Below are positions 47,837 through 57,171 of a DNA stretch of 64,000 nucleotides, in pieces. The position numbers and the translations under genes were made by a program. Numbering within the stretch: the first letter of the stretch is position 1; every line of letters begins with the position of its first letter. The notes below the pieces were generated by a model. The model did not search any database, was not told the origin of the DNA, and was given only the letters and a program-made list of their open reading frames with translations. Origin of the DNA: a virus; the UHGV virus genome UHGV-1374678; one strand, written 5' to 3'.

Positions 47837-48362
47837 TTTTAAGTATACAGATAAAGAAGTTAATGAATTGATTTCTTCTATGGTTATTCTTGTAGACACG
47901 AGGGAACAAAAGTGCGACCACATTTTAGATTATTTCGATAAGAAAAAGATTAATTACAAGAAGAAAGCTCTTGATTATGGGGATTACAGTTTTGTTATCC
48001 CCAAGAATGAAAATCTGTCAATACCAAGAGACTTGTATTTCAATCGAAAAGTTTGCATTGAAAGAAAAGGAAGTCTTGAAGAAATCAGTGGAAACTTCAC
48101 AAATGGTAGAGATCGATTCGAAAAAGAGTTGAGTCTTGCACCAAAAACAAAGGTATTACTGATAGAGAATGCTGATTATAGTGATGTTGCATGTGGTAAT
48201 TACAATACACAGTACAACAAAAAATCATTCATAGGTTCTCTTCATAGCTTTTGGTTTAAATATAACATACCTGTATTTTTCATGAAGGAGAATAAATATT
48301 CAGGAGTATTTATCAGAATGTACTTTGAATATTACTTCAAAAATTATTTGAAAGGGAATTAG
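47826..48362 (+). CDS. ERCC4-type (XPF/Mus81/Hef-like) nuclease
   Basis: VILVDTREQK ... LDYGDY ... CIERKGSLEEI matches the ERCC4 signature (D..E, GDY, ERK). Confidence 0.6.
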   Translation: MIDNFKYTDKEVNELISSMVILVDTREQKCDHILDYFDKKKINYKKKALDYGDYSFVIPKNENLSIPRDLYFNRKVCIERKGSLEEISGNFTNGRDRFEKELSLAPKTKVLLIENADYSDVACGNYNTQYNKKSFIGSLHSFWFKYNIPVFFMKENKYSGVFIRMYFEYYFKNYLKGN

Positions 48363-48364
48363 GT

Positions 48365-48634
48365 ATGAATTACGAGACTCAATATTACAAAGGGATTCCA
48401 TTAAATCTGATAAAAAGAAAATATGGAAACAGAAATGCGAAACGATTTGTAATTAATCATACAAATCAAAACGTATGGATTCCGAATAAACATCTTGAAG
48501 AAGATGGAACAATTAAATTTATGGAAGATATAGATTATGTATTTAGAAAATCGATACGACAATTAGAATTGGCTGGAATTACTCAACCAATTATAGGTAT
48601 TAAAAGACGAACAATAATGAGAATAAATGAATAA
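48365..48634 (+). CDS. hypothetical protein
   Basis: ORF track. Confidence 0.4.
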   Translation: MNYETQYYKGIPLNLIKRKYGNRNAKRFVINHTNQNVWIPNKHLEEDGTIKFMEDIDYVFRKSIRQLELAGITQPIIGIKRRTIMRINE

Positions 48635-49382
48635 AGTAAAAGTTTTCGAAGAACTTCTAACAAAGTTTGAAACAGAAGAGATTAAGAATTATTGCGAAGA
48701 TATGATTAATGATATTCCAGATTATATCTTCATGATTCCAAGTAGCACATCACTTAAATATCATAACGCAACACAGTGTAAGACACACGGACAGCTAATG
48801 CATATTCTTATGTTTGCTGAGATTATGAATTACATACTTGACTTGGAATATGTTAAAGAAAAGACTAATGAAAGACAGAGAGATTGTCTAAGATGTACAC
48901 CAATTTTTCACGATGCTATTAAGTGTGGGACAAATGGATCTCAGTATACTGTGCATGATCATCCGTTGCTTGCTGGTAAATGGATCAGAGATACAGTCGT
49001 TGAACACGATATTGACAAGGAGACAAAAGAATATATTGCAAGATTATGTGAAAGCCATTCTGGACAGTGGATTTCGAATAAACGAAGCAGTGTTATATTA
49101 CCTAAACCAGAAAACGATGAGCAGTTTTTGGTTCATCTGTGTGATTACTTATCAAGCAGATCAAATATTGATATGACATATTCCGATGAAGTATATGATG
49201 CGCTTGGCGGTATTGAAGTTACAAAAGAAGATCTTCCAGATATTAATGAATACAAATTAACTTTTGGTAAACATGCTGGCATGACATTGCCGGAAATTCA
49301 GGATATTGCTCCTGGATATATTAGATGGGCAAAAGAGAATATTACTAGAGAACCTGTAAGAAGTTTATTGGCTCAAATGTAA
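48627..49382 (+). CDS. HD-domain phosphohydrolase-like protein
   Basis: KYHNATQ...H...IFHDAIK...HDHP is an H..HD..D pattern. C-terminal KLTFGKHAGMTLPEIQ...YIRWAKEN module. Confidence 0.45.
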   Translation: MNKVKVFEELLTKFETEEIKNYCEDMINDIPDYIFMIPSSTSLKYHNATQCKTHGQLMHILMFAEIMNYILDLEYVKEKTNERQRDCLRCTPIFHDAIKCGTNGSQYTVHDHPLLAGKWIRDTVVEHDIDKETKEYIARLCESHSGQWISNKRSSVILPKPENDEQFLVHLCDYLSSRSNIDMTYSDEVYDALGGIEVTKEDLPDINEYKLTFGKHAGMTLPEIQDIAPGYIRWAKENITREPVRSLLAQM

Positions 49383-49476
49383 AAAGTCAAAAACCATGCC
49401 CAAAATTTCCCTTAAAAATTGAGATTTTTTGAACGTGATTTTCGGATGAAAGGTCGATTTCATTGGAGGTAATAAA

Positions 49477-49923
49477 ATGTGTAAAAAACAAAATATAGAA
49501 GAAAAAACAAATAAAATAAAAGTAACTAGCCTTGATATCATAGTAAACATGCATAGAGATAATCCATACTATGAAATTAAGTACAAAGAGGTAGGAGAGA
49601 ATTTTTATCATATTGGCTATAGCTCTTATGATTTAAACATTGTACTTGGTTATAAGGAAGAGTGTTTTGAGTTACTTGAATGTGAAAATAATTATGACGT
49701 TAATCCGTGGATCATTTGTAAGGAAGGACAAATGCCTGAAGATTTTAATTACAAAAATAATAAAGTTTTAAATGTATTAGTAACAACGGCAACGGGGAAA
49801 GTAACAAAAGTTCAAAGAATACTAGAACCTTATGGAACTAAAAGCTTTTGGAGATGGGGAAGAGTTTATGGTAAATGTAAGGCTTGGATGCCGTTACCAG
49901 AACCGTATAAAGTTGTTAAATAG
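49477..49923 (+). CDS. hypothetical protein
   Basis: ORF track. Confidence 0.4.
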   Translation: MCKKQNIEEKTNKIKVTSLDIIVNMHRDNPYYEIKYKEVGENFYHIGYSSYDLNIVLGYKEECFELLECENNYDVNPWIICKEGQMPEDFNYKNNKVLNVLVTTATGKVTKVQRILEPYGTKSFWRWGRVYGKCKAWMPLPEPYKVVK

Positions 49924-49947
49924 CCAAAATAAATGGAGAGATAACAA

Positions 49948-50250
49948 ATGTTTAAAATAATATTAGAATTAATAATTTTTATACTTTCTTTTGTAGGAAC
50001 AATAACACTTATCTTTGAATTTATAAAAGAATATGAGGATATAAAAAGTAAATTTCTTGATTGGCGAGATAGAGAATGTAAAATCAAATGTTTATGTAAT
50101 CATTCATATTCCATTAATTATCTATGGTATAGAGATAAAGAAGTATGTTTGAAATGTCCTAAATGTAATAAAGTAAAAAGAATCCAATTAGACGACAAAA
50201 CATTTGAAACATTCTGTGAAGTATGGAAAGAGGAATGTAAGAATAGATGA
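49948..50250 (+). CDS. membrane-anchored zinc-ribbon protein
   Basis: TM segment followed by CLCNHS...CLKCPKCN. Confidence 0.4.
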   Translation: MFKIILELIIFILSFVGTITLIFEFIKEYEDIKSKFLDWRDRECKIKCLCNHSYSINYLWYRDKEVCLKCPKCNKVKRIQLDDKTFETFCEVWKEECKNR

Positions 50251-50407
50251 GTAACGTAAAAATATACACAGTCGATGATGAAGAACCAAATTGTAACAGA
50301 TGTGATCATGTATGTGATTCCGATATAGTGTGTCAACAGTATTGTGGAAACGAACATTATTGGAATGGATATTCACGAACTGAATTTATTGAAGATAGGA
50401 GAACCAA

Positions 50408-51217
50408 ATGATTAAAATTTCATGTAAAGAATACGCAGCTAATCTAAAAGAAGAATTAAAAGAGTTATGTGAAAAATCACTAAGACAGCGTTGCCTTACA
50501 GTAATTCAGATTGGGAATGACGCAGCAAGTAACTCTTATGTAAATGGCAAACGAAAAGATTGTGAGTATGTTGGTGTCAAGTTTAATCATGTACATATTA
50601 AAGATTATGAAAACCTTGATGAATCAGATCTATGCCAAATTATTAAAGAACTTGATAATTCAAAGGAAGTTGATGGAATCATTATTCAGCTTCCTATTCC
50701 AGACAAATACAACGTAAAAACATTACAGCAATTCATCAGTCCTGAAAAAGATGTTGATGGCTTCAGAAAGGATTCACTTTACAATCCATGCACTCCGCAG
50801 GGAATTATGGATTGGCTCGAAGCTAATGACATTGATTTAAGAGGTAAGTTAGTAACTGTATTAGGAAGAAGTGAGATAGTAGGTAAGCCACTTGTAAACA
50901 TGTTGATTGATAAGGGTGCAACAGTTATTAATTGCAATAGTAAGACACCAAAAGATTATATGGGAAGCTTTATGGCAATGTCAGACATTGTTGTTTCTGC
51001 TATTGGAAAGCCTAAGAATTTTGATTATACCTGGTTCGATGATGAGACTATTATCATAGATGTTGGAATCAACAGGGACGAAGATGGAAAACTGTGCGGA
51101 GATATAGATAAAGAAGATGTTGATGGTTTTTTCGGTGAATTATGCTACGTAACACCTGTTCCTGGTGGTGTTGGTCTGTTAACAAGGGTTACATTACTGA
51201 AAAATGTGATGAGATAA
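50408..51217 (+). CDS. folD: bifunctional 5,10-methylene-tetrahydrofolate dehydrogenase/cyclohydrolase
   Basis: GRSEIVGKPLVNMLIDKGATVINCNSKT ... IDVGINR ... YVTPVPGGVGLLT aligns with FolD (GASNIVGRPM...GCTTTVTHRFT...IDVGINR...ITPVPGGVGPMT). Confidence 0.85.
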   Translation: MIKISCKEYAANLKEELKELCEKSLRQRCLTVIQIGNDAASNSYVNGKRKDCEYVGVKFNHVHIKDYENLDESDLCQIIKELDNSKEVDGIIIQLPIPDKYNVKTLQQFISPEKDVDGFRKDSLYNPCTPQGIMDWLEANDIDLRGKLVTVLGRSEIVGKPLVNMLIDKGATVINCNSKTPKDYMGSFMAMSDIVVSAIGKPKNFDYTWFDDETIIIDVGINRDEDGKLCGDIDKEDVDGFFGELCYVTPVPGGVGLLTRVTLLKNVMR

Positions 51218-51250
51218 GCAGATGAAAGAATCGTTTCATTAGGAGGAAAT

Positions 51251-51517
51251 ATGGAGACACTATGTATTTTAATGATTATTGCCTGCGTTGTTGTTTCAAT
51301 TCTCTTTGTTGTAGACCTAGTTCTATGCGACACAAAAGAAGTTGTTTGGAAAAGGAAAAGGTTTACAGCAGATAAGGCTAGAAAGATATCTAATGATTAT
51401 TCTGAAGACATTGACTTTATTGAGAAAGAAATCAGACAGGCTGCTAAACAAAACAAAACTTCTGTAGAACTGACTATTGACAGTGAAAAAAGTAGTAAAA
51501 CATTTCGAGAACGCTAA
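51251..51517 (+). CDS. small membrane protein
   Basis: N-terminal TM segment. GGAGGAAATATG RBS. Confidence 0.45.
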   Translation: METLCILMIIACVVVSILFVVDLVLCDTKEVVWKRKRFTADKARKISNDYSEDIDFIEKEIRQAAKQNKTSVELTIDSEKSSKTFRER

Positions 51518-51531
51518 ATTTGTTGTAACAC

Positions 51532-51717
51532 ATGTTGATAAACGTATTTACAACATTGATTGGAACAATGATAAAAAAAATAAAAGATATTAGAGAATAT
51601 TCAATAGAGAAAATAATTGATCCTATAACATTAGAACTTCGAGTCAGCATTGAAGATTTCAGACGCTGGCTTGGAGTTGATGAAAAGAAGATTTGGTTAC
51701 ACACTGGAGGAAAATAA
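51532..51717 (+). CDS. hypothetical small protein
   Basis: 61-aa ORF filling the gap between neighbours. RBS is weak. Confidence 0.25.
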   Translation: MLINVFTTLIGTMIKKIKDIREYSIEKIIDPITLELRVSIEDFRRWLGVDEKKIWLHTGGK

Positions 51718-51719
51718 AA

Positions 51720-52412
51720 ATGGGAACAGTAATAATCACAAAAGACACAACAAAATATCCTATCACAATGATTGGACGATATGCAGGTGTATGTTGGGGA
51801 GCAAATACATCTGACAATGAGAAAAATTATAAACGTGGTTTAGATTGTATCGAAAGTGAACACGGAAGAACATGGGAATTTCCAGACGTATATGCAATTA
51901 TTGATGGATATTCAGCAAAGGTTTTACGTGAATGGTATACACATGTAGGAGGTTTACCAACTAGATTACAAGCATCTACAAGATATATTAATTATTCTAA
52001 GGGTGAAGGGTTCAAATATGTAACTCCACCTACAATTGCAAATAATAAGGATGCCTTGGCAGAATGGTCATTGATGATGAGTAATATTAATGACATGATT
52101 AGCAAATTTATTAATGTGTATAATATTCCGGTCGAAGATGCGACTATGGCATTACCTATAGCATATCAAAGTAAAATGGTAGAAAAACGTAATTTCAGAA
52201 ACGTTGTTGATATGTCATTTCAGAGAACTTGCACAAGAGCATATTGGGAATATAGAAATCAGTTAATGAAGGATTATCTTAATGCATTAAGAGAATATTC
52301 AGAAGAATGGAAGACATTGATTGATATGACATGCAAGCCAAAATGCGAGAAGACTGGATTCTGTACAGAAAAGAAGACATGTGGAAGAAAACCAAGAAAA
52401 GACGAAAAATAG
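51720..52412 (+). CDS. ThyX-like (flavin-dependent thymidylate synthase family) protein with divergent nucleotide-binding motif
   Basis: EHGRTWEF...AKVLREWYTHVGGLPTRLQASTRY aligns with ThyX HETPFEH...[20 protein letters not shown]. The Ser-x-Arg-Tyr is kept, but RHR is replaced by THV. ATG at 51720 after GGAGGAAAATAAAAATG. Confidence 0.55.
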   Translation: MGTVIITKDTTKYPITMIGRYAGVCWGANTSDNEKNYKRGLDCIESEHGRTWEFPDVYAIIDGYSAKVLREWYTHVGGLPTRLQASTRYINYSKGEGFKYVTPPTIANNKDALAEWSLMMSNINDMISKFINVYNIPVEDATMALPIAYQSKMVEKRNFRNVVDMSFQRTCTRAYWEYRNQLMKDYLNALREYSEEWKTLIDMTCKPKCEKTGFCTEKKTCGRKPRKDEK

Positions 52413-52425
52413 GAGGATATCCATT

Positions 52426-52605
52426 ATGAACAAAAATATCGAAAAAGTAATTTTAAATAATCAGAAAATAATCATGAGGGCATTACGCACAATTGTGTCA
52501 GAAAAATACAATAATGACGATAATTCCAAGTTGGATTGTGACCTGCTTGGATACAGAATTGAGAAAACAGGCGAACTTTTAAGAACATTGGAAGGTGAAA
52601 ATTAA
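52426..52605 (+). CDS. hypothetical small protein
   Basis: ATG at 52426 after AGGAGGATATCCATTATG. Confidence 0.35.
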   Translation: MNKNIEKVILNNQKIIMRALRTIVSEKYNNDDNSKLDCDLLGYRIEKTGELLRTLEGEN

Positions 52606-52811
52606 TGAGGGATCCGAATAGAACATACCCATTTTGCAGAGAACTAGCAATCATTTGGAGTGATAAATATCCTGATATGAGATTTGGTCAGCTTATGTAT
52701 AACTTTATTGTTTGGTGTAGCAATACAAAGAAACGTGATATTTTCTTTCCAGAAGAAAAAGAATTTATGGAACTATTTAAAGAGTTTTGTGGAGTGAAAG
52801 ATGATGAATAA
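52605..52811 (+). CDS. hypothetical protein
   Basis: ORF track. Confidence 0.35.
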   Translation: MRDPNRTYPFCRELAIIWSDKYPDMRFGQLMYNFIVWCSNTKKRDIFFPEEKEFMELFKEFCGVKDDE

Positions 52812-54768
52812 AGTAGATAGAATTAAAGAATTGATTTCAACACTTAACAAAGCGTCAGATGCTTACTATAACAGTGGTGATCCTATTATGACAGACTATG
52901 AATGGGATAATTTGTATGATGAGCTTGTAAAATTGGAAGAAGAAACTGGCGTTGTTTATCCTAATAGTCCTACGCAGCAGGTTGGATATACTATAGTAGA
53001 CAAAATCAACGAAGTAGAACATAACCATCCAATGCTTTCTCTTAATAAAACCAAATCTTCTGGTGAATTAATCAGGTTTGCAGGAAAAAAGGATTGTGTA
53101 TTATCAGTAAAATGCGATGGTTTAACATGCAGTTTAGGTTATAAAAATGGCAAGCTGATCAGCGCAGAGACAAGAGGAAACGGAGTAAGTGGATGCGATG
53201 TATTAATCAATGTTCTCACAATTGCAAACGTGCCACATGAGATTCCGTATAAAGAAGACTTAATTATTGACGGAGAAGTTGTTATTGATTGGAATACATT
53301 TAATAAAATCAACGAAAATCTTCCAGAAGATAAGAAGTATAAACATCCTAGAAACCTTGTATCTGGAAGTCTTACATTACTTGATAGCAAAGAGGCATCT
53401 AATAGAAATATGAGATTCATTGCTTGGAGAGTAATTAAAGGTTTTTCACATAAATCTATGTTTTTTGATTTAAAAGAAGCCGAGAAGAATGGATTTGAAG
53501 TTGTTCCAATGTTTACATATTCAAACAATTCAACTGACAAGGAAAACATTGATGCAATATTAGAAAGAATCAGAGATATGGCTGATGAAGAAAGCATCCC
53601 TTATGACGGAGCAGTTATGGCTGTTGATGATTATAGAATTGCTGAATCAATGGGTCGCACAAATAAGTTCTTCAGACATTCCTATGCTTATAAATATGAA
53701 GATTCTTTATATGAAACAGTTTTAACTGATATTGAATGGAACACATCTAAGACAGGCTTGATTAATCCTGTAGCAATCTTCCAACCAGTCGATTTGTCAG
53801 GTGCTATTACTTCAAGAGCAACGCTTCATAATATTACTTACATTAAGAACATGATGCTTGGTATCGGTGATCGAATTCGTATTTATCGTTCAAATATGGT
53901 AATTCCAAAAGTGCATGATAGCATTGATAAGTCTGGTAATTTCACAATCCCGTCAACCTGTCCTATCTGTGGAAAACCTACAAAGATTGTAAAAGATAAC
54001 AATTCGGAAGTTCTTATGTGTACGAATGATAACTGTGCAGGTAAACTTCTTGGCAAACTTTGTCATGCAGTCTCGAAGAACGCACTGAATATCGAAGGGT
54101 TATCAGAAGCAACAATTCAGAAATTCATTGACCTTGGCTGGTTAAAATCAATCAGAGATATCTATTACTTACATCTTCATAAGATGGACATGTATAAACT
54201 TGAAGGTTTTGGAAGAAAATCAGTAGACAAGCTGCTCAGTTCTATTGAAGATAGCAGAAATAGTGATTTAGTTAGATACATTTATGCACAGTCAATTCCT
54301 TTAATTGGACATACAGCAAGTAAAGCTATCTCAAAAATGTGTGATGGTGACTTAAATACATTTATTGAATATATGTCAAAAGGTGCAAAAGCATTCGGAA
54401 AGATTGATGGTGTTGGTTCTGAAATGGTTAAATCTCTTAGTAAATGGTGGGATATCAACTACTTAGAATTTGTAGATACATCAACAGTATTTACATTTAA
54501 GAAGAAAGAGACAGTAAATGTATCAGGATTAGACTTGACTGGAAAAGTATTTGTAATTACAGGAAGTCTTACTCAATTCAAGAATCGTGATGAAATGAAA
54601 GAAAGAATTGAGAGTCTTGGTGGAAAAGTATCTGGAAGCGTATCTGCTAAGACAACCGCATTGATTAATAATGATATTGAATCTACTAGCAGCAAGAATA
54701 AGAAAGCAAAGAGTCTGAACGTTCCTATCCTCACGGAGAATATGTTTGTTGAAAAATATTTACAGTAA
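52801..54768 (+). CDS. ligA: NAD-dependent DNA ligase
   Basis: N-terminal Ia domain (YYNSGDPIMTDYEWDNLYDEL), adenylation KxDG (VKCDGLTCSL), zinc finger CPICGK...C..C, and C-terminal BRCT (GKVFVITGSL). Confidence 0.85.
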   Translation: MMNKVDRIKELISTLNKASDAYYNSGDPIMTDYEWDNLYDELVKLEEETGVVYPNSPTQQVGYTIVDKINEVEHNHPMLSLNKTKSSGELIRFAGKKDCVLSVKCDGLTCSLGYKNGKLISAETRGNGVSGCDVLINVLTIANVPHEIPYKEDLIIDGEVVIDWNTFNKINENLPEDKKYKHPRNLVSGSLTLLDSKEASNRNMRFIAWRVIKGFSHKSMFFDLKEAEKNGFEVVPMFTYSNNSTDKENIDAILERIRDMADEESIPYDGAVMAVDDYRIAESMGRTNKFFRHSYAYKYEDSLYETVLTDIEWNTSKTGLINPVAIFQPVDLSGAITSRATLHNITYIKNMMLGIGDRIRIYRSNMVIPKVHDSIDKSGNFTIPSTCPICGKPTKIVKDNNSEVLMCTNDNCAGKLLGKLCHAVSKNALNIEGLSEATIQKFIDLGWLKSIRDIYYLHLHKMDMYKLEGFGRKSVDKLLSSIEDSRNSDLVRYIYAQSIPLIGHTASKAISKMCDGDLNTFIEYMSKGAKAFGKIDGVGSEMVKSLSKWWDINYLEFVDTSTVFTFKKKETVNVSGLDLTGKVFVITGSLTQFKNRDEMKERIESLGGKVSGSVSAKTTALINNDIESTSSKNKKAKSLNVPILTENMFVEKYLQ

Positions 54769-54781
54769 GGAGATATAGAGA

Positions 54782-55345
54782 ATGATTTATGTAATTATTG
54801 GACGCACAGCTAGTGGAAAAGACACGATTGTATCAAAACTAATCAAATCTGGCTGCAAACGTATTGTAACTTACACAAGCAGACCAATGCGTAAGAAAGA
54901 AAAGAATGGTGAGACTTACCACTTTGTAACAAAAGAAGAATTTGAAGCGTTAATTCAGAGTGGATTCTTCGCAGAGTGGAGGTCTTACGACACAGTAGAT
55001 GGTGTTTGGTATTATGGATCATCAATAGATAGCTATGATACAGACGAAGATAGAATCATCATTTTAAATCCGGATGGATTTTCAAAAATCAAAAATATCT
55101 TAGAACCTGAAAAGGTCAAATCAATTTATGTATATTCAAACATAAAAACAATCAGAAACAGATTAAAAAAACGTGGAGATAAGAAAGAAGAAGCTGAAAG
55201 ACGCATTGAGCATGACTTAATTGACTTCAAAGGGCTTGAAAATGAAGTAGATAAGATTGTGTACAACAACGAAGATAATGACATTGACGATGTAGTTCAG
55301 AAAATTCTTTCTTATATAACAGAGAATAAACAAGTGGAGGAATAG
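54782..55345 (+). CDS. guanylate-kinase-family nucleoside monophosphate kinase
   Basis: P-loop GRTASGKDT, YTSRPMRKKEKNGETYHFV (TTRPxRxGExDGxDYxFV-like) and FAEW (FLEW-like). Confidence 0.6.
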   Translation: MIYVIIGRTASGKDTIVSKLIKSGCKRIVTYTSRPMRKKEKNGETYHFVTKEEFEALIQSGFFAEWRSYDTVDGVWYYGSSIDSYDTDEDRIIILNPDGFSKIKNILEPEKVKSIYVYSNIKTIRNRLKKRGDKKEEAERRIEHDLIDFKGLENEVDKIVYNNEDNDIDDVVQKILSYITENKQVEE

Positions 55346-55349
55346 TTAA

Positions 55350-55544
55350 TTGGTATCAACGACAGCACAATTGGCTAGAGGCTTGCACAACTTAGGGGAT
55401 AATTTTGTAATTGCTGTGGATGAAGATGGTGTGGAATACATCATCGATTCCATTGGCAAAGTGTGTAGACATTATGATAACCCATACGAATATTGTTCAG
55501 CACTTAAGTTAAAGAGAGCAAGTTCTGGCTGTATTAAAAGATAG
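55350..55544 (+). CDS. hypothetical protein
   Basis: ORF track. Confidence 0.3.
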   Translation: MVSTTAQLARGLHNLGDNFVIAVDEDGVEYIIDSIGKVCRHYDNPYEYCSALKLKRASSGCIKR

Positions 55545-55556
55545 GAGAATATAGAA

Positions 55557-55790
55557 ATGTATATTAATTTTGCAACAGTTAATGACGTGGCATTGTTCAC
55601 AACAACGTGTGATAAGTACGATGAAGATATAGATATTTACTTTGGTCACATGTGTTTTGATGCAAAATCGCTCGGAGCTAATATGAATCTTATTGGCAAA
55701 GATGCAAAAGTTGTTATTCATACGGATGATGAGTCTGTGAAGAATAAATTTAAAGAGGATGTAAATTTGTGGATTGTAAAGAAAGGGTGA
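55557..55790 (+). CDS. HPr-like domain protein (no phospho-acceptor His)
   Basis: EDIDIYFGHMCFDAKSLGANMNLIGKDAKVVIHTDDES aligns with HPr [41 protein letters not shown]. The active-site His15 region is not conserved. Confidence 0.5.
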   Translation: MYINFATVNDVALFTTTCDKYDEDIDIYFGHMCFDAKSLGANMNLIGKDAKVVIHTDDESVKNKFKEDVNLWIVKKG

Positions 55791-55799
55791 TTAAAAATG

Positions 55800-56034
55800 T
55801 GGATTCTATTAAATGATACCACAGAGTTGGTTGCATTTAGAAATGGTGCAAGATTCTTTGACGGAACAATCGAAGTGCAGCAGGGCAGATATATTATAGA
55901 TGCCAAGAGTACACTTGCCTGTTTAGTCTTGATCTTTCTAAACCTGTAGATGTGACTATTGCATGTGACAGTGAGAGAGTAAAGGATAATTTCTATGATT
56001 ATGTCAAGAAGTGGAGTGTAGAAGATGTCATTTA
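55800..56034 (+). pseudogene. second HPr-like copy, no start codon and frameshifted
   Basis: GILLNDTTELVAF...YIIDAKSTLACL stops at a TAG. The family-matching continuation LDLSKPVDVTIACDSERVKDNF...WSVEDVI runs in the +1 frame. The in-frame ATG at 55796 terminates after 6 codons. Confidence 0.4.
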
Positions 56035-56390
56035 GATATTCTGCATACAATACAACAATTTTCAATTGTCCATGTCCATGCTGTCTAACGTTGAAAGAAT
56101 GTAAAGCTATACCCCCATCAACATGTCAAAGGACATTAGATAGATATGTCGATTATTACGAAAACAAGAAAAAAGTAACAAATCGAATAAAGTATTCTGA
56201 AACAAAGAAATCTAAAGCTATCCGTGAAAAACTTGAGAAAGATTCAAAAGACATTGAGAAGTTAATTCTGCAATTATCAAAAGACGGATGTAAAAACGAC
56301 AATAATGAACTTGTTTTTCTCACGTCCAGATATTCATACATAAAAGAATTACTTAAAAAATATTGGAAAGATGGTGAGAAAAATGAGTAG
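56025..56390 (+). CDS. hypothetical Cys-rich protein
   Basis: NCPCPCC motif. Confidence 0.35.
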   Translation: MSFRYSAYNTTIFNCPCPCCLTLKECKAIPPSTCQRTLDRYVDYYENKKKVTNRIKYSETKKSKAIREKLEKDSKDIEKLILQLSKDGCKNDNNELVFLTSRYSYIKELLKKYWKDGEKNE

Positions 56391-56979
56391 ACCTAAATTG
56401 TTCTTAGATTTTGACAATACAATCGTAGATACAATTGCAGCAGTTGTGTCTCTATACAATGAAGATTACGCATCTCATGAAGATTTTGTTCAGGTTGATC
56501 CTAAAGATGTCACAAGCTGGGAATTTATTGAATGTAACCTTGCTACATATGAAGAGATAGACAAGTATTTTGGTGATGAAAGATTCTTCCAAAGAGTTAA
56601 GTTGTATCCAAGCACAGGACAAGTTCTCCGTTCATTATCTCACAGGTATGATATTACTATTGTTTCACATGGGTATGCTAATAATTTGAAACTAAAAGAA
56701 GAATGGGTAAAAGATAAACTATTCAAAGAAATCTTTGATAACAGTTGTAATGCTGAATTCATTGGTGTTGATTGGGAGACACATAATGACAAATCTCATG
56801 TAGACATGTCTAATTCTATTTTCGTAGATGATTCTATCAGAAATCTCGAAACAAGTAGTGCAAAATATAAAATCTTATATGGAGAATATATGGATTGGAA
56901 CAATACAAATATTGAGTTTATTCGATGCAAGAATTGGCTCGATTTGAATAATCAGATTTGTCTGATTGAAAGGTTTTAA
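56371..56979 (+). CDS. HAD-family 5'(3')-deoxyribonucleotidase
   Basis: N-terminal LFLDFDNTIVDT (DxDxT motif I) and a fold size typical of the NT5C-type dNMP nucleotidases found in phages. Confidence 0.6.
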   Translation: MVRKMSRPKLFLDFDNTIVDTIAAVVSLYNEDYASHEDFVQVDPKDVTSWEFIECNLATYEEIDKYFGDERFFQRVKLYPSTGQVLRSLSHRYDITIVSHGYANNLKLKEEWVKDKLFKEIFDNSCNAEFIGVDWETHNDKSHVDMSNSIFVDDSIRNLETSSAKYKILYGEYMDWNNTNIEFIRCKNWLDLNNQICLIERF

Positions 56980-56992
56980 GGAGGTGTGTGAA

Positions 56993-57169
56993 ATGGTAGT
57001 AACTAAATTTTTATGTTTTTTAGTTGGTGCAGTTGTTGGAGTTATAATGACATGCTTATGTAATGTTAATTATGACGATTCTCATGAAAGAGAATGGAAT
57101 GAACTGAAAAGTGACATGGAAGAATTCGAATTGGACGAAGATTTGAAAGAAACAAAGGAGGGCAAATAA
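56993..57169 (+). CDS. small membrane protein
   Basis: ATG at 56993 after AAGGAGGTGTGTGAAATG. TM segment. Confidence 0.4.
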   Translation: MVVTKFLCFLVGAVVGVIMTCLCNVNYDDSHEREWNELKSDMEEFELDEDLKETKEGK

Positions 57170-57171
57170 TA

